A stretch of 64,000 nt of DNA from the NCBI RefSeq assembly GCF_036321535.1, contig NC_087436.1:111788001-111852000 (forward strand), written 5' to 3'. The notes below the pieces were generated by a model that saw nothing but the letters and a program-made list of their open reading frames with translations, made no database searches and was not told the DNA's origin. Positions 13,900 through 26,210 of this stretch are shown here, in pieces (the first letter of the stretch is position 1; every line of letters starts with the position of its first letter). The translations under genes were made by a program, and so were the position numbers. Origin of the DNA: Camelus dromedarius. Taxonomy: Eukaryota.

Positions 13900-14310
13900 C
13901 TAGGTCAAGTGGATCAATTAGGCTTTGCTGAAATGATTCAGTGATTCAAGCACATTTTTGTATTTCTCACATCCTGGTCGGGGCTGGCTCTGATAAGGCT
14001 GGATGGTCTAAGGTGACCTCCTCACTCATGTGTCTGGTGGTTGGAGTGATGTCAGTTGGGGTGACAGGGTGATCTGGGCCATGTGTCACTCATCTTCCAG
14101 CAGGCAACCCCAGCTTGCCCCCATGGCAATGGTCATGGTCTTGGCAACATGACTTTCTAAGCTGCCACTTTTGTCATATTTGCTAATACTTGACTTGGAC
14201 AAAGCAAGTCACACATCTCAGCCCACGTGCAAAGGGTATAGAAATAGACTCCCTCTCTGGATGGAAGTGTCTCAATGTCACATTGCAAGTGAGGAGGCAT
14301 AGACAATCTA
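13900..14310 (-). mobile_element. MLT1-family (MaLR) LTR
   Basis: ggctggatggtctaaggtgacctcctcactcatgtgtctggtggttgg...ggacaaagcaagtcaca...aaatagactccctctctggatggaag. Confidence 0.7.
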
Positions 14311-14419
14311 CTGCAGCAAGTAAATTATGCTCTAGGAGCCTGAATGTCCTTAAAGTTAACAGAGGTGACCACTACACACGTAACAGCTCACATATGAGCT
14401 CTTGATGCGGTGTGCACAT

Positions 14420-14960
14420 CACCCCACTTGCTATCCCCCATTCTTCCCCATCTGTCTGAGCAGCACCATCGTTCACAGGTTAGCTGAAAGCAGAAGCCTG
14501 TGAGTCAGCCTTTATTCTTCCTTCCCTTGTCCCTGCTCTCCCTCGCATCTAATCCATTCTCAAGAAAGATCCGTGGACTCTAACTCTGAAAATGATCTTG
14601 AACCTGTCCACTCTCTCCCTGCTGCTGCCCTTGCTCCCTCAGCAGGGATGAGACCATTTTCCTGTATATATTCACCTGGTTCCTTCTGGTCTTGGCTCAA
14701 GGTCACACTCTGAGTGAGGTCCTCCTGATCACTTGATATCATTGTCAACCCCACTCTTTGCAGATTTCATATTCTCTCTCACCTTATTTTTATCCTGTGT
14801 ACTTCTCACCACATTATTTATTTATCAATTGTCTGTCTGCCCCACCAGAATTTCAGTGCCATGAGTGAAGGGGGATATCTGATTGTTTGGTTCCCCATTG
14901 AATCCCCCGTGCCTATAGCAGCACAGGAAACATGATCAGCTATCAATTTTTTGAATAACT
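14420..14960 (+). mobile_element. L2 LINE 3' fragment
   Basis: L2 body motifs and tail ccattgaatcccccgtgcctatagcagcaca...tatcaattttttgaata. Confidence 0.65.
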
Positions 14961-15179
14961 GATAAGGGAAGATTTTAAGAAGTGTGTTTAACTCTGTTGT
15001 CTAAATCAGTATATTGACAAGTGGGCTCACCCTGGATTGTAATGGCCCATTTTCTGGTGCAAAGGCCCTGAGGCACCTAACTCAGTCCTAAAGAGTCAGG
15101 GAAACTCATCAGAGCAGTAAGATCCAAGACCTAAGTGATAAGTAATTAAAAAAAACCAGGGTAGGTGAGAAACAGAGCA

Positions 15180-15850
15180 CGGTAGTGAAGTGGGCACATG
15201 GATGCCCCACTGGGTACAGATAGACCCCCCATTTATGTTTATTCTTTTTAAGAATAAAATAAGATTTACTCAGTTTTAATCCACTGATTAGTACTGAAGT
15301 CCTTTTAAGTCCCCAAGTGAGACAGGCAGGGGCTCTGTCACTGACATGTGGAGAGGCGTCCAATGGGGAGATCCAGGGCCCCGCAGCATGCAGAACTTGC
15401 CAAGGCCCTCTTTGTTTGTTTGTTTTAACCCTATTACGGCCCACTGAGGGTTTCCTGTGCCTTGTTGTATCATGGCAGTTTTAACTCATTGTGACTATAT
15501 TAACCTTCACAAAATGGACAAGCCACTTAGAAGGATTCCTACAAAGAAACCAAACTGTATTAAAGATAATACTATCAAAGTGAGCGTAAAAGAAGACCAA
15601 GAAGGCAGAGGTGATATTTCCTCTCCTCCTAAAACAATGACCATCTAACCAGATCAGACAAGAAGGTTGAGGGTGCAGATGGTGGAGATAAAATTGCAAT
15701 TGTTGAGTAAATTTGAGAAATAAATTTTCATCACTTTTTGTTAATTATTCTGAGCAGATTATGCTTAAGCTATTAGCAAACCAGCAATATGAAACACCAT
15801 GTTGAAGAAGATATACACAATATTATTCATTGAAATGTTAATCTTAGTTT
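15180..15850 (+). mobile_element. hAT-Charlie DNA transposon remnant, 5' part with decayed transposase start (MDKPLRRIPTKKP)
   Basis: aaccttcacaaaatggacaagccacttagaaggattcctacaaagaaacc resembles the Charlie transposase start; matching 3' terminus at ~21560-21740. Confidence 0.6.
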
Positions 15851-15854
15851 AGCT

Positions 15855-18525
15855 TCTTTTTATTTGAGGTTTTATTTACAGACAAAAAATTACACAGATC
15901 TTAAGTATTTGGTTCAATTAGTTTTGAATAATTTTGTAATATAATTTTGTAAAATCGTAAATAACCACCTCAAACAAAATATGGGATATTTTGATCAATC
16001 TGGAAAATTTCCACTTTAACTTAATCCTCCCGCTACAACTCAATGATTTTCTGTCACCATAGATTACTTTTGCCTTCTCGTACTTTGTATAATGTAGGTG
16101 TGTGTGTGTGTAGATTTTTTTGCTTAATATAATGTCTATAAATTTCATCTGTGCTGTTTCCATCAGTAGTTTGTCCTTTTTTATTGCTAAATTGTATTTC
16201 ACTGCATAAGTTTACCACAAATTTAGAATTCATTCTCCTATTGATGGACATTTGAATTGTTTCAAGATCGCAGCAATTATGAATAAAGTTGCTATGAATA
16301 TTCCTCTGCAAGTTTCAGTGGACATTTGATTTTATTTCTTTTGTATGAACACCTAGAAGAGAAGCTGCTGGATCAACAGGGAGGTGAAGTGTTTACTTTG
16401 TAAATGGTGGTGTGGAGTTACTCTTTATCCTCGCCAACATTTCATGTCATTCTTGTGTGGTGGTATCTCATTATAATTTTGAGTTTTTTTCCACATGCAG
16501 AGTGGTCATTTCTGTATCTTTTTTTAGCCCAGTGTTCATGCCTTTTGCCCATTTAAATTTTTTATCATTGAGTTTATATATTCTGAAAGGACTCATTTAT
16601 CATATATATGCAAATACTTTCCCACTGAGTCTTGACTGTTTTTTTTATGATGTTTTCTGATGAATAGAAGATTTTAATTTTGACTAAGTCTAATTTATAT
16701 TTTTTTCTCTTTGATGATTCATGGTTTCTGTATCTTCTCAAACAAATCTTTGCTTATCAAAAGATTATGAAGATTTTCTCTTATAGTTTCTTCTAGGAGA
16801 TTTACCTTTCTGGCTTTTGTGTTTAGATTTACAATCTATTTCAAATTAATTTTGTGTATACTAATAAGAGGTAAGGATGCAGGCATTTTTCTTCTATATG
16901 GATATCTGTTAGCTCCAGTGCCATTTGTTGAATGAACTTTCCTTCTCCATTGAATTGCTTTACATCTTTGACAAAAACCAATTGATTATATAAAAGGATT
17001 TATTTCTGAATTTCATTCTGTTCCGTTAATTGATTTGTTTATCCTTAAGCAAATACCATACTCTCCTGATGACTAACACATTATAGTAGAGCTTAAATTA
17101 CATAGTATAAGTCCTCTGGTTGCATTCTTCTTGAAAGTTGATTTGGTTATTCTAGGTTGTTTACATTTTCATGTAAATTTTAGAGATAGTTTTTAAATTT
17201 TTACTTTAAAAACTGCTGTAATTATGATTTGGATTGTGTTGAATTATTAGTGAATTATTGTTAACATCTTAAGAATATTAAGTATTTTAAACTGTAGACA
17301 GAGCACATCTTCTCATCTATTTAGGTCATTTAAAATTTCTCTCTGAGAAGAGAGTAATCATTGCTTAAATTTATTCCTGAACGTCTGAAGTATTTAAAAT
17401 ACTATTGTAACTGGACTTAAAAAAAAATTTTTTTTTTTTTTTTTGCTTTCCAATTGTTTGCTGATAGTACATAGAAAAAAATAATGGTTGGATGTTGACT
17501 TTGCTTGCTGTATTGTGAGACCTTGCCAAACTCACTTATTAGTTGTCATAGTTTTTTTTGAGAGGGATAGAGGTTGATGACTTGTGATTTCCTATATAAA
17601 AAATTACATTGCTTGCAAATAAGGAAATGTTACTTCTTAATTTCTTATGCATTTTATTTTTTTCTTGCCTTATTGAATTGGCTAGGGTCTCCAGTACAGT
17701 ATTAAATGTAAGTGATAAGAATGAGTAACCTGAATTTGCTTTTTAACTTATGGTAAAATCGTTTAATATTTCACTATTAAGTATGAAGTTAGCTCTAGAT
17801 TTTTCATAGTTGCGTTTTATCATATTGAGAAATTTTCTTCTGATTTTAATTTTCTAAGAGCTATTATTATGAATGAATATAGAATTCTATGCCTTTATTG
17901 ACTTTACCATATAACTGTTCTTCTTTATTCTGTAAATATGGTGAGTTACTTTGATTGATTTTTAGATGTTAAATCAAACTTGATTAAACCCCACTTAGTC
18001 ATAATATATTATCCTTTTAATGTATTGCTACATTATATTTTCTAAGTATGTTTCCATCTATGTTCTTGAAGGATATTGGTGTATATATTTTTTTGGTAAA
18101 GTTTTTGTGAGGTTTTGATATAAGAATAATGCTTTTATCATAAAATAGGTAGGTAGTGTCCCACCCTCTTCTTTTTGCTTGAAGGAATTTGTGTAGAATT
18201 GCTATTATTACTTCTTTAAAGAAGAGCGCTTTATCTTGTTTGATACAAATAACCTGCCCCTAGATATTTTTATGTCAAAAGTTTTTTTCATAATGAATTC
18301 AATTATTTTAATAAATATAAATCTATTCAGATTTTGTAGTTTATCTTTTTTCAGTTTTGTTAAGTTGTATTTTTAAGATATTCATTTCATCTATGTTGCT
18401 GCATTTATTAGCATCATTCTATTCAAAATGTTCTCTTATTATCCTTTTCCTGTGTATAGGATTTTCAGTGACATCTTCTCTTTCAGAACATTGGTTGCTT
18501 ACATTTTTTCTTTGTCATTGATCAG
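15855..18525 (-). mobile_element. Degenerate L1 (L1M/L1ME-like): 3' UTR plus 3' part of ORF2
   Basis: T-rich + strand; ctattgatggacatttgaattgtttc, gctccagtgccatttgttgaa, ggctagggtctccagtacagtattaaat; no intact ORF. Confidence 0.85.
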
Positions 18526-18529
18526 TGTG

Positions 18530-21500
18530 ACAATAAGTCTTCATTTCTATGGGATAAATATCCAGAAATGCAATTGCTGGGTTGTTTGGTGGTTGCATAT
18601 TTAACTTTTTAAGAAACTGCCATTTTTTTATCAGTGACTGTATAGTTTTACATTCACACCAGAAAAATATCAGTAATTCTGTTTCTCTGCATCCTCCCTC
18701 ATATATGATGTTGTCACTAATTTTTATTTTAACTTGAGAAATTTCACCTTGGTTTTAATTTGCATTTCCTTATTCACACACTTATTTACCATCAGTATAT
18801 CTCCTTTAATGAGTGTTTCTCCATGTATTTTGGCCATTTTAAAATTGGGCTGTATGCCCTTTTTAGTGTTGAATTTTGAGAATCCTGTTTATATTCTAAA
18901 TGCTAGTCTCTCTGTAGCTGTATGGTTTGTAAATATTTTCTGAAGCTGAACTTTTCATTCTTTAAACAGTCTTTCACACAGCAAAAGTTTTTAATATTGA
19001 TGAAGTCTAATTAATCAATTTTTGATTAATCAGTCAATTTTCCCTTTTACAGATTGTGCTTTTGGTGTCAAATCTAGCCCTAGATCCCAAAGATTTTCTT
19101 TTAATTTTTTTCTAAAAGTTTTACAGTTTTACAAGTAATTCCATAATCAACTTTGAGTTAATTTTTTGTATAAGGTCTGAAATTTAGGTAAATGTTCATT
19201 TTTATGCCTGTACATTTCCAACTGCTCCAGCATCATTTATCAGAAAGGCTCTTTTTCCTTTATTGATTCATTTTTTCCCCTAAAATCCACTGAACATATT
19301 TGTGTGGTCTATTTCTGGGCTTTCTATTCTGTCCTGTTGATCTAGATGTCTATCATCATGTTCATCCTTATCACACAGTCTTGATTACTGTAGCTAGATA
19401 GTTAAGTCTTGAAATCAAGTAGGTGGATTTCTTTTATTTTTCAAAATTGTTTTAGTGATTCTAATTCCTTTGCTTTTTTAGGTATATTTTAGAATAATCT
19501 ATATCTATATCAACAAAGTATCTTGCTTTGATTTTTTATAGGAATTGTATTAAACTTGTATGTGTTTGGGAAGAACTGACATCATTGGTATATTGAGTTT
19601 TCCAATCTATATCCCTCCATTTACTTAGTTTTTTTATTTCTTTCATCAGCATGGGGTAATTTGCATCATACAAATTCTACCCACGCTTTGTTAGATTTAC
19701 ATCTAAGTATTTCTTTATTCTTCTATTTAATATAAATGGAATTGCATTTTTTATTTTGGCATCCACATATTCATCGGTATTATATAGATATACAATTTTT
19801 TTTTTGTTTTTTTTTTTTTGTTTTTGTTTGTTTCCTGTGATCTGGCTGAAGTCACCTATAGGTTCTAGGAATTTTTTGATAGGTTCCCTTGGGATTTTCT
19901 ATGTAGAAAATCATGTTATTTTCAAATAGGAACAGTTTTATTGCTTCCTTTATAACGTGTGTGCCTTTTATTTCACTTTCTTTTCTTGTGATACTGGCTA
20001 ACTTCTAACATTTTGTTGAATAAGGGTAGTGAGAGCAAGCATCTTTGTCTTTCTGATCTTAAGGGGAAGGCATTTTCTTTCACCTTTAAGTATAATGTTA
20101 ACAGCTTCATTTTTCTAAGATGCTCTTTATTAAGTTGAAGAAGTTCTCATCTATCCTAACTTTCTGAGTGTATTATCATGAAAAGATGTTGTCTAATACT
20201 TTTCCTGCATCAATTGATAGGATTGTGTGATTTTTCTTCTTTATCCTCTTAATATAGTAGATTACACTGATTGATTTTCAAATATTGAGACAGCCTTGTA
20301 TCACTGGAATAAATCCCACTTGTTCATGGTGTGTAATTATTCTTATATATTGCCCAATTCTCTTTGCTAATATTTTGTTAAAATTTTTTGTGTTTGTATT
20401 CATGAGGAATATAGATTGTAGTTTTCTGTTTTGCACTTTGGTTTGGTAATACTAGCTTTATAAAATAAATTGAGAATTATTTCTCCCTCTTTTATGTCTG
20501 AAAAAAATGGTGTAGAATTGGTATTCATTCTTCTTTAAACACTTAGAAGAATTCTGCAGTAAAACTATCTGGGATTGGTGATCTCTTTTTGGATAGTTTT
20601 TAAATTAAAAATTCAATTTTCTTAATAGTTATAGGGATATTCAAATTATTTCATATTGGATGAGTTATGGTAATTTGTATTTTTTCAAGGAATTGGTTCG
20701 TTTTATCTGTCAAATGTGTATGTGTAGAATTGTCGGTGGTATTCCCTCATTATCCTTGTGATGTATGTGAAGTCTGTAATATCTTGTTTCAGTCCTGATA
20801 TTACTAATTTGCATCTTCTCTTTTTCTTTGTCAGTCTTTCTGGAGTTTTGTTGATTTTATTAATCTTTTTCAGGGAACTGAAAAAGATTGTTTTATTGAT
20901 TTTCTCTATCATTTTTCTGTTTTTAATTTCTGCTCTTATCTGTTTTATTCTTCCCTTTTGCTTGCTTTGGGTTTATTTTGCCCTTCTTTTTCTAGTTTCT
21001 TGATGTTGGAGCTTAGATTGTTGCCTTGAGACTTTATCTTTTCTATTGTCTACATTTAGTGCTATAAATTTCCCCCTCAGCTCTGCTTTAGCTGTGTCTC
21101 ACAAAGTTTGATGTCCTTTCACTTTTATTCAGCTTTGTATATTAAAATAATTTCTGTTAAGACTCGGATTGACCTATAGATTATTTAGAAGGGTGTTGTT
21201 TATCTTCCAACTATTCAGAGTTTTTTCTCTTTTCTTCCTGTTACTGATTTTTAGTTTGATTACATTGTGCTTGGAGGATACAGTGTATGATTTCAATTCT
21301 TTTAAGTTTATTGAGGTTTCTTTTATGGCCTAGGATACAGTCTATCTTGGTATATATTCTCTGGGCACCTGAGCAGAATGAATATTCTGCTATTGTCCTA
21401 TAAATGTTGATTAGGTCTTATTGTTTGATAGCATTGTTTAGTTCTAAATCTTTGCTGATTTTCTGTCTAGTTGTTTTATCAGTTATTGAGAAATGGGTGC

Positions 21501-21550
21501 TGAAGTCTCCAAATATAACAGTGGATTTGTCTATTTCAAAAATAGTTTCT
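18530..21550 (-). mobile_element. Second degenerate L1 (L1MC-like) ORF2 fragment, lacking its 3' UTR
   Basis: gggataaatatccagaaatgcaattgctggg..., ORF 20703-20912(-) IEKINKT...KKINKINKTPERLTKKKRR matches L1 ORF2p; repeats the ORF2 segments seen in 16300-18500. Confidence 0.85.
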
Positions 21551-21559
21551 TTTGCTTCT

Positions 21560-21740
21560 CTATATTGGAGCCACTCACATAACATCTCATATATTTTACT
21601 TTGATTTCTATTTTAGTATATCTCTTATAATAAAACAATGTATTGATATACTAGTATATAGATAGATATACATTAGGAGTGCATGTTCAAAAATATTTTC
21701 TGATAAGGATGAATGATCAAAAGTTTGGAAAAACCACCTG
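21560..21740 (+). mobile_element. hAT-Charlie 3' terminus
   Basis: atacattaggagtgcatgttcaaaaatattttctgataaggatgaatgatcaaaagtttggaaaaaccacctg. Confidence 0.55.
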
Positions 21741-22384
21741 AATCTAGAGACAGTGGCAGAGATTATACACTAGGAGCCTTGTTAGTCATGTTAAAGAGTT
21801 TATACTTTATCTTGATGGCCCTGGGGAGTATTAGAAGACCTTAGGTAGAATGCTAAAGTGATGACATAGATTATTTAGATAGATTACTTTTGCTACAGAG
21901 TGGAAGATTAGAGTCAAGGAGACCATTTGGAGGCTGGTAAAATTCTGATCCCATATGCTTTTTCTCATAAGTTTGTGCTGGTGTAGGTCATATAAGTGTT
22001 CACACATGACATATGAAAATTACTCATAGTAAAGCACTTAATTGCTAACTGACTTCTACCATTTCTTTTCTATTATTATTCCTGTCCCATACTGAGTGAC
22101 TTTACTATCCCCATGAATCATGCTTCTATTGGTCTCTTGGTTTCTCAGATTTCTTAACTCCATGATCTTTTTAGTTCCTCCCACTGTCATAGTCACACCC
22201 TAGACCTTGTCATAGCCTTGACTTCAAACATCTATCTTTGTCTGTCTCCTGTCTTTCCAACGTACCTACTTCCATACTCTCAATTTAGCAATTTGATTTC
22301 GTTAAGACCCCAAGTCCATTGACTGAATCATTATCTCACTATTAATGACCTCTCTTTCTGCTTCCACCCATCTCCCACATGATT

Positions 22385-22870
22385 CAGGACATCCTAAGTC
22401 AATCATGACAATTTATTTATTTCTTCTGCCAGTGATTTGTTGAGGGGTAGGCATGTGACCCAGAACTGATCCATGAGGCATCATGGAAGTTCTGCATGGC
22501 ATTTCTTCAGATTTAAAAGAGAGATCTTGGGAAGAAAAAAATGGTTTCTATTTGTCTCTATATATGTGTATATATATGCATACTATATATAATATTGCAT
22601 ATAATGTCTGAATCTGTGGCAGCCAGTTTGAGACCATAAACAGAGTCATTTTGTAGGAAACCTGATGGAAGAGCTGAGTTATGAAAAGAAGTTCACTCTT
22701 AGATGGCATTGTTAAGTCACTGCTGAATAAACCACCCTTGATCCCTATTCCACCTTTGAACTTTGTGTGACAAAGAAAACATTTCCTGCTGTTTAATTCA
22801 GTTCAGTCAGAATTTTCTCTCTCTCGCTCACTCTTTTTGTGTGTGTGTGACTGAACATATCCAAACTGAC
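22385..22870 (+). mobile_element. Old MLT1 (MLT1J/K-like) LTR inserted in L2
   Basis: ccagtgatttgttgaggggtaggcatgtgacccagaactgatccatgag...gtggcagccagtttgagacca...actgaacatatccaaactgacac. Confidence 0.65.
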
Positions 22871-23029
22871 ACTCTCCTCTTCTTCATGAAACTTCTGAAT
22901 GTGCCCATGTGTCCATCACTTATCTACCTTCTTGTATTTATTAGAGCTATTCTCCACCTAACCTTGGAATCCACTCTCTTCTCCCCTTACCCATCTCCCC
23001 TGCCTGACTGCCCATGGTTGATTCTACTT

Positions 23030-23545
23030 TCTAAAGATGATTGCAACAATATTCTTATTCCATATACCCTTCTAGAATCTTGCTACTCTCCCTTCAGTGT
23101 ATATCTCTTCTTGAAATCTTTTGACTGATTGATGAATAGAGCATGGTGAAAGTAACACTGTGACTTCTACAATTAGGTCATAAAAAACATTCAGCTTCTG
23201 TCTTTCTCATTGGAATATTTACTCCTGAAGACTTCAGTCACCATGGAAGCTGTCCAACTGTCCTGACACTGCCGTGCTGTAAGGAAGCCCAAAGTAATTT
23301 TTCCAGAGATACCACATGAAGAATCCCTGAGACTTTATTAAGAAAGAGAATCCCTGGCCACTTCCTGCTGTTCCAGATTGAGTCAAGACTAACTTCAACT
23401 CCATGAGAGACCCTGGCCCAGAACCACTCAGCCAGTACTTCCTGAATTCCTGACCCAAACAAATCACAAGAGATAATAAAGTTATTGTTGTTTAAACCAC
23501 TAGATTTTGGGGTGACTTGTTACACAGCCAGTAGATAACCAATAA
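23030..23545 (+). mobile_element. MLT1E/F-like LTR
   Basis: gtaacactgtgacttctacaattaggtcataaaa...cagaaccactcagccag...ttgtttaaaccactagattttggggtgacttgttacacagc. Confidence 0.8.
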
Positions 23546-23719
23546 AACTATTGGTATAGTAATTAAAAACAATGTCATGTGAAAATATAAATTTTCTTTA
23601 AATATTTGTACTGCTCTGTAAATGAGTGAAATTAACATTCTATATTTTAGGACAGAATTTGAGTGGAAGGGGAAGGGGAATTTAGACAGGCAGCAATCAA
23701 ACAGTTGTCTCTTTTGGAA

Positions 23720-24040
23720 AGCTCTTCTCTATCTCTTTGCCTGGCTAGCTTTCTTTCATGCCTAGGTCACCTCCTCACAGAGAGCTTCCCTAAAGCAGTT
23801 AAATAGCCTCTTCATGCTGTTCTTTATCACTACACCTGGACTAATAATTGCCCTCATTGCATTCATCACAGTCTGACAGTCAATCTTTTTCTGCTTTCTT
23901 GTTCCTTGCCTCTCTCCTTGCTGTAAATCAAGGAGGGAAGAATGGTGCCATTTTTCTTTACCATCACCTGCCCAACACCTATTCCAAGCACTCAGTCTGT
24001 GCTCAAGAAAGATTTCTGAATAAATAAATGAAAGGATTAA
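23720..24040 (+). mobile_element. L2 3' fragment
   Basis: tctctttgcctggctagct...gtcacctcctcacagagagcttccct...gtgctcaagaaagatttctgaataaataaatgaa. Confidence 0.6.
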
Positions 24041-24049
24041 TGAAACTTG

Positions 24050-24175
24050 CTTGGGGTCCTTAACCTGGATTCATTCATATACGCCCACTTCCCTGACCCA
24101 GTGTGAAAAGGTCTGTAGCTTTTATCAGATTCTAAGAAATAATCCATGGAGCCAAAAATATTATGGTCCACTGAT
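24050..24175 (+). mobile_element. hAT-Charlie MITE (MER5/MER103-like)
   Basis: ggggtccttaacctgg...ggtctgtagcttttatcagattct...ccaaaaatattatggtccactg. Confidence 0.55.
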
Positions 24176-24320
24176 TTGAGGAACAGGGGGTGAGAGGGGA
24201 TCCAAAAATGGACAGAAAGGAAAATTCTGAGGAAATGAAGATGTGCTATATCTTGATCAGTATAGAGTTACAAGGGTATAGACAGACATTTGTAAAACCC
24301 ATAAAACTGCACTTAAAAAT

Positions 24321-24712
24321 TGTTATTCTGAGTGAAGTAAGCCAGAAAGAGAAATAAAAATACCATATGATATCTCTCATATGTGGAATCAAAAAAAAAA
24401 AAAAAAAGAAAGAAAGAAAAAAAAAAAGAGGACGCTAATGAATTCATCAACAAAACAGAAACAGACTTGCAGACATAGTAAACAATCTTATGGTTACCAG
24501 GGGAAGGGGTTAGGAAGGGATAAATTTGGGAGTTTGAGATTTGCAAATGTTAGTCACCATATATAAAAACAAATTTAAAATTTTTTTCTGTATAGCACAG
24601 GAAACTATATTCAATATCTTTAATAATCTTTAAGGAAAAAGAATATGAAAATGAATATATGTATGTATATGCATGACTGGGATATTGTAACTGACTATAC
24701 TTCAATAAAAAA
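24321..24712 (+). mobile_element. 5'-truncated lineage-specific (camelid-type) L1 3' end inserted into an older L1 3' end
   Basis: agtgaagtaagccagaaagag, tgtggaatc, caaaacagaaacagac, tgtatagcacaggaaactatattcaatatc, ending actgactatacttcaataaaaaa; host cacttaaaaat|ctgtgcttttatt is split at a TT/AAAA site. Confidence 0.85.
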
Positions 24713-25974
24713 TCTGTGCTTTTTATTAAACTAACATTAATATATGTTATTAATTACAACATACATAATTCTAACAATGTGTTAATATAATATATTAATG
24801 TAACATTATAATGTTAATAGGAAAATCCATTGAACTTGCTTCATCCCATTCTTTTTTAAGCTAAAACAAAGAAAAGGGCACTGAGCAAATTATATATTCA
24901 TTTTAAAAACTGAATCTGCTCTGGTCTTTAGTGTGTAGCATTTAAAGCCAGTTTAAACTCTGAATTCCTTTTAAAGAACTTTCTTATTCTTTTCTTACTC
25001 ACTTTCTTCCCCCAAATTCTCCTGCTTTTTTTTCCTTTGCACACAGAAGAGAAGCCAGCTTATAACTCTTAGAGTCTTCACGAACACATGGAAAACTAAA
25101 TAATTTCTGCTATAAAATTATAATTGATGACAGGAAGCAATAAAAAACCAAAAACTGTGGCAAGGAATTATGGTTTTTGACATCAATTAGGAGTTAGGGC
25201 TCTAGTCTTTCTTTCTGTAAAAGGAAGACACGAAGAAACCAATATATATTTCATGAGACTCTTCTTGGATAATTTTACATCATCAAGAGCCTGCAAAGAC
25301 CTGCCCTGGTGAGGTAAATTGTAAATGCGTCTGGAAATTGAAGACTTCAAATCCAAAGTGCCATGTGAGCTGGTGCCATATAAGAATGACATAGTGTGGG
25401 AGAGATTTTTTATAACAGTTATGAGAATGCCACCTTCATTTTCTGAGTTAGTTAGGGCTAGAGCTTTTGATGACATTTATTCATTCATTTTACAAATATT
25501 TATAAAGACCTCCTCTGTATAAGAGACCATCTCAAGTCTGTGGGTTCATGAGTGAATATGGGTTGGTACCTGCCATTGAGGACTTGCTAATCAAGTAACG
25601 GACAGGGACTTAAAAATGAATATAGGACATGTTAAGGGCTGCACTGGTGGTGTGTGCTGTATGTAATAGGGGTCTGCAGGTGGAGGACCACGCATGGCTG
25701 GAGAAGTCAGGGAAGGTTTTACTTTGGTGGTTAAGTTTCAGCTAGGTTTTCAGAATCAAATTTGATTGACATATAGTCTCTGTTCTAGGCTTTTGTATAC
25801 ATATTCTCTTGGTCATTCCTGTAAGTTAACATCTTAGGAAGTAGTCATGTTCTCCTGAAAGAGAAATCTGAGGTTTGGAAAGGTAGGAAGAACATTTTGT
25901 CTAAGTAACACAGGTAGTCGGTGGCAGAACCAGGATTTAAATTCAGGATTTTGATTGCAAATGTAGCCTTTCTT

Positions 25975-26071
25975 TCTTCTTTTTTAATTGACATATAGTC
26001 AGTTTACAATGTTGTGTTAATTTCTGGTGTACAGCACTGTGATTCAGTTTTACAGATAGATAGATAGATAA

Positions 26072-26123
<52 letters not shown>

Positions 26124-26210
26124 ATCTATCAATATATATCCCTTTTCATATTATTTTTCATTATAGGCTATTACAAATTATTGAATATAGTTCCCTGTGC
26201 TATACAGTAT
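25975..26210 (-). mobile_element. Short lineage-specific L1 3' end
   Basis: ttttaattgacatatagtcagtttacaatgttgtgttaatttctggtgtacagca...tattgaatatagttccctgtgctatacagta. Confidence 0.85.
26055..26122 (+). repeat. (GATA)4 AATA (GATA)12 tetranucleotide microsatellite
   Basis: Read directly from the sequence. Confidence 0.97.

Noticed and set aside
15060..15140. CUGAUGAG on the minus strand suggesting a hammerhead ribozyme
   Set aside because: No stem II followed by GAAA and no closing stems; the flanking sequence looks like an L2 remnant
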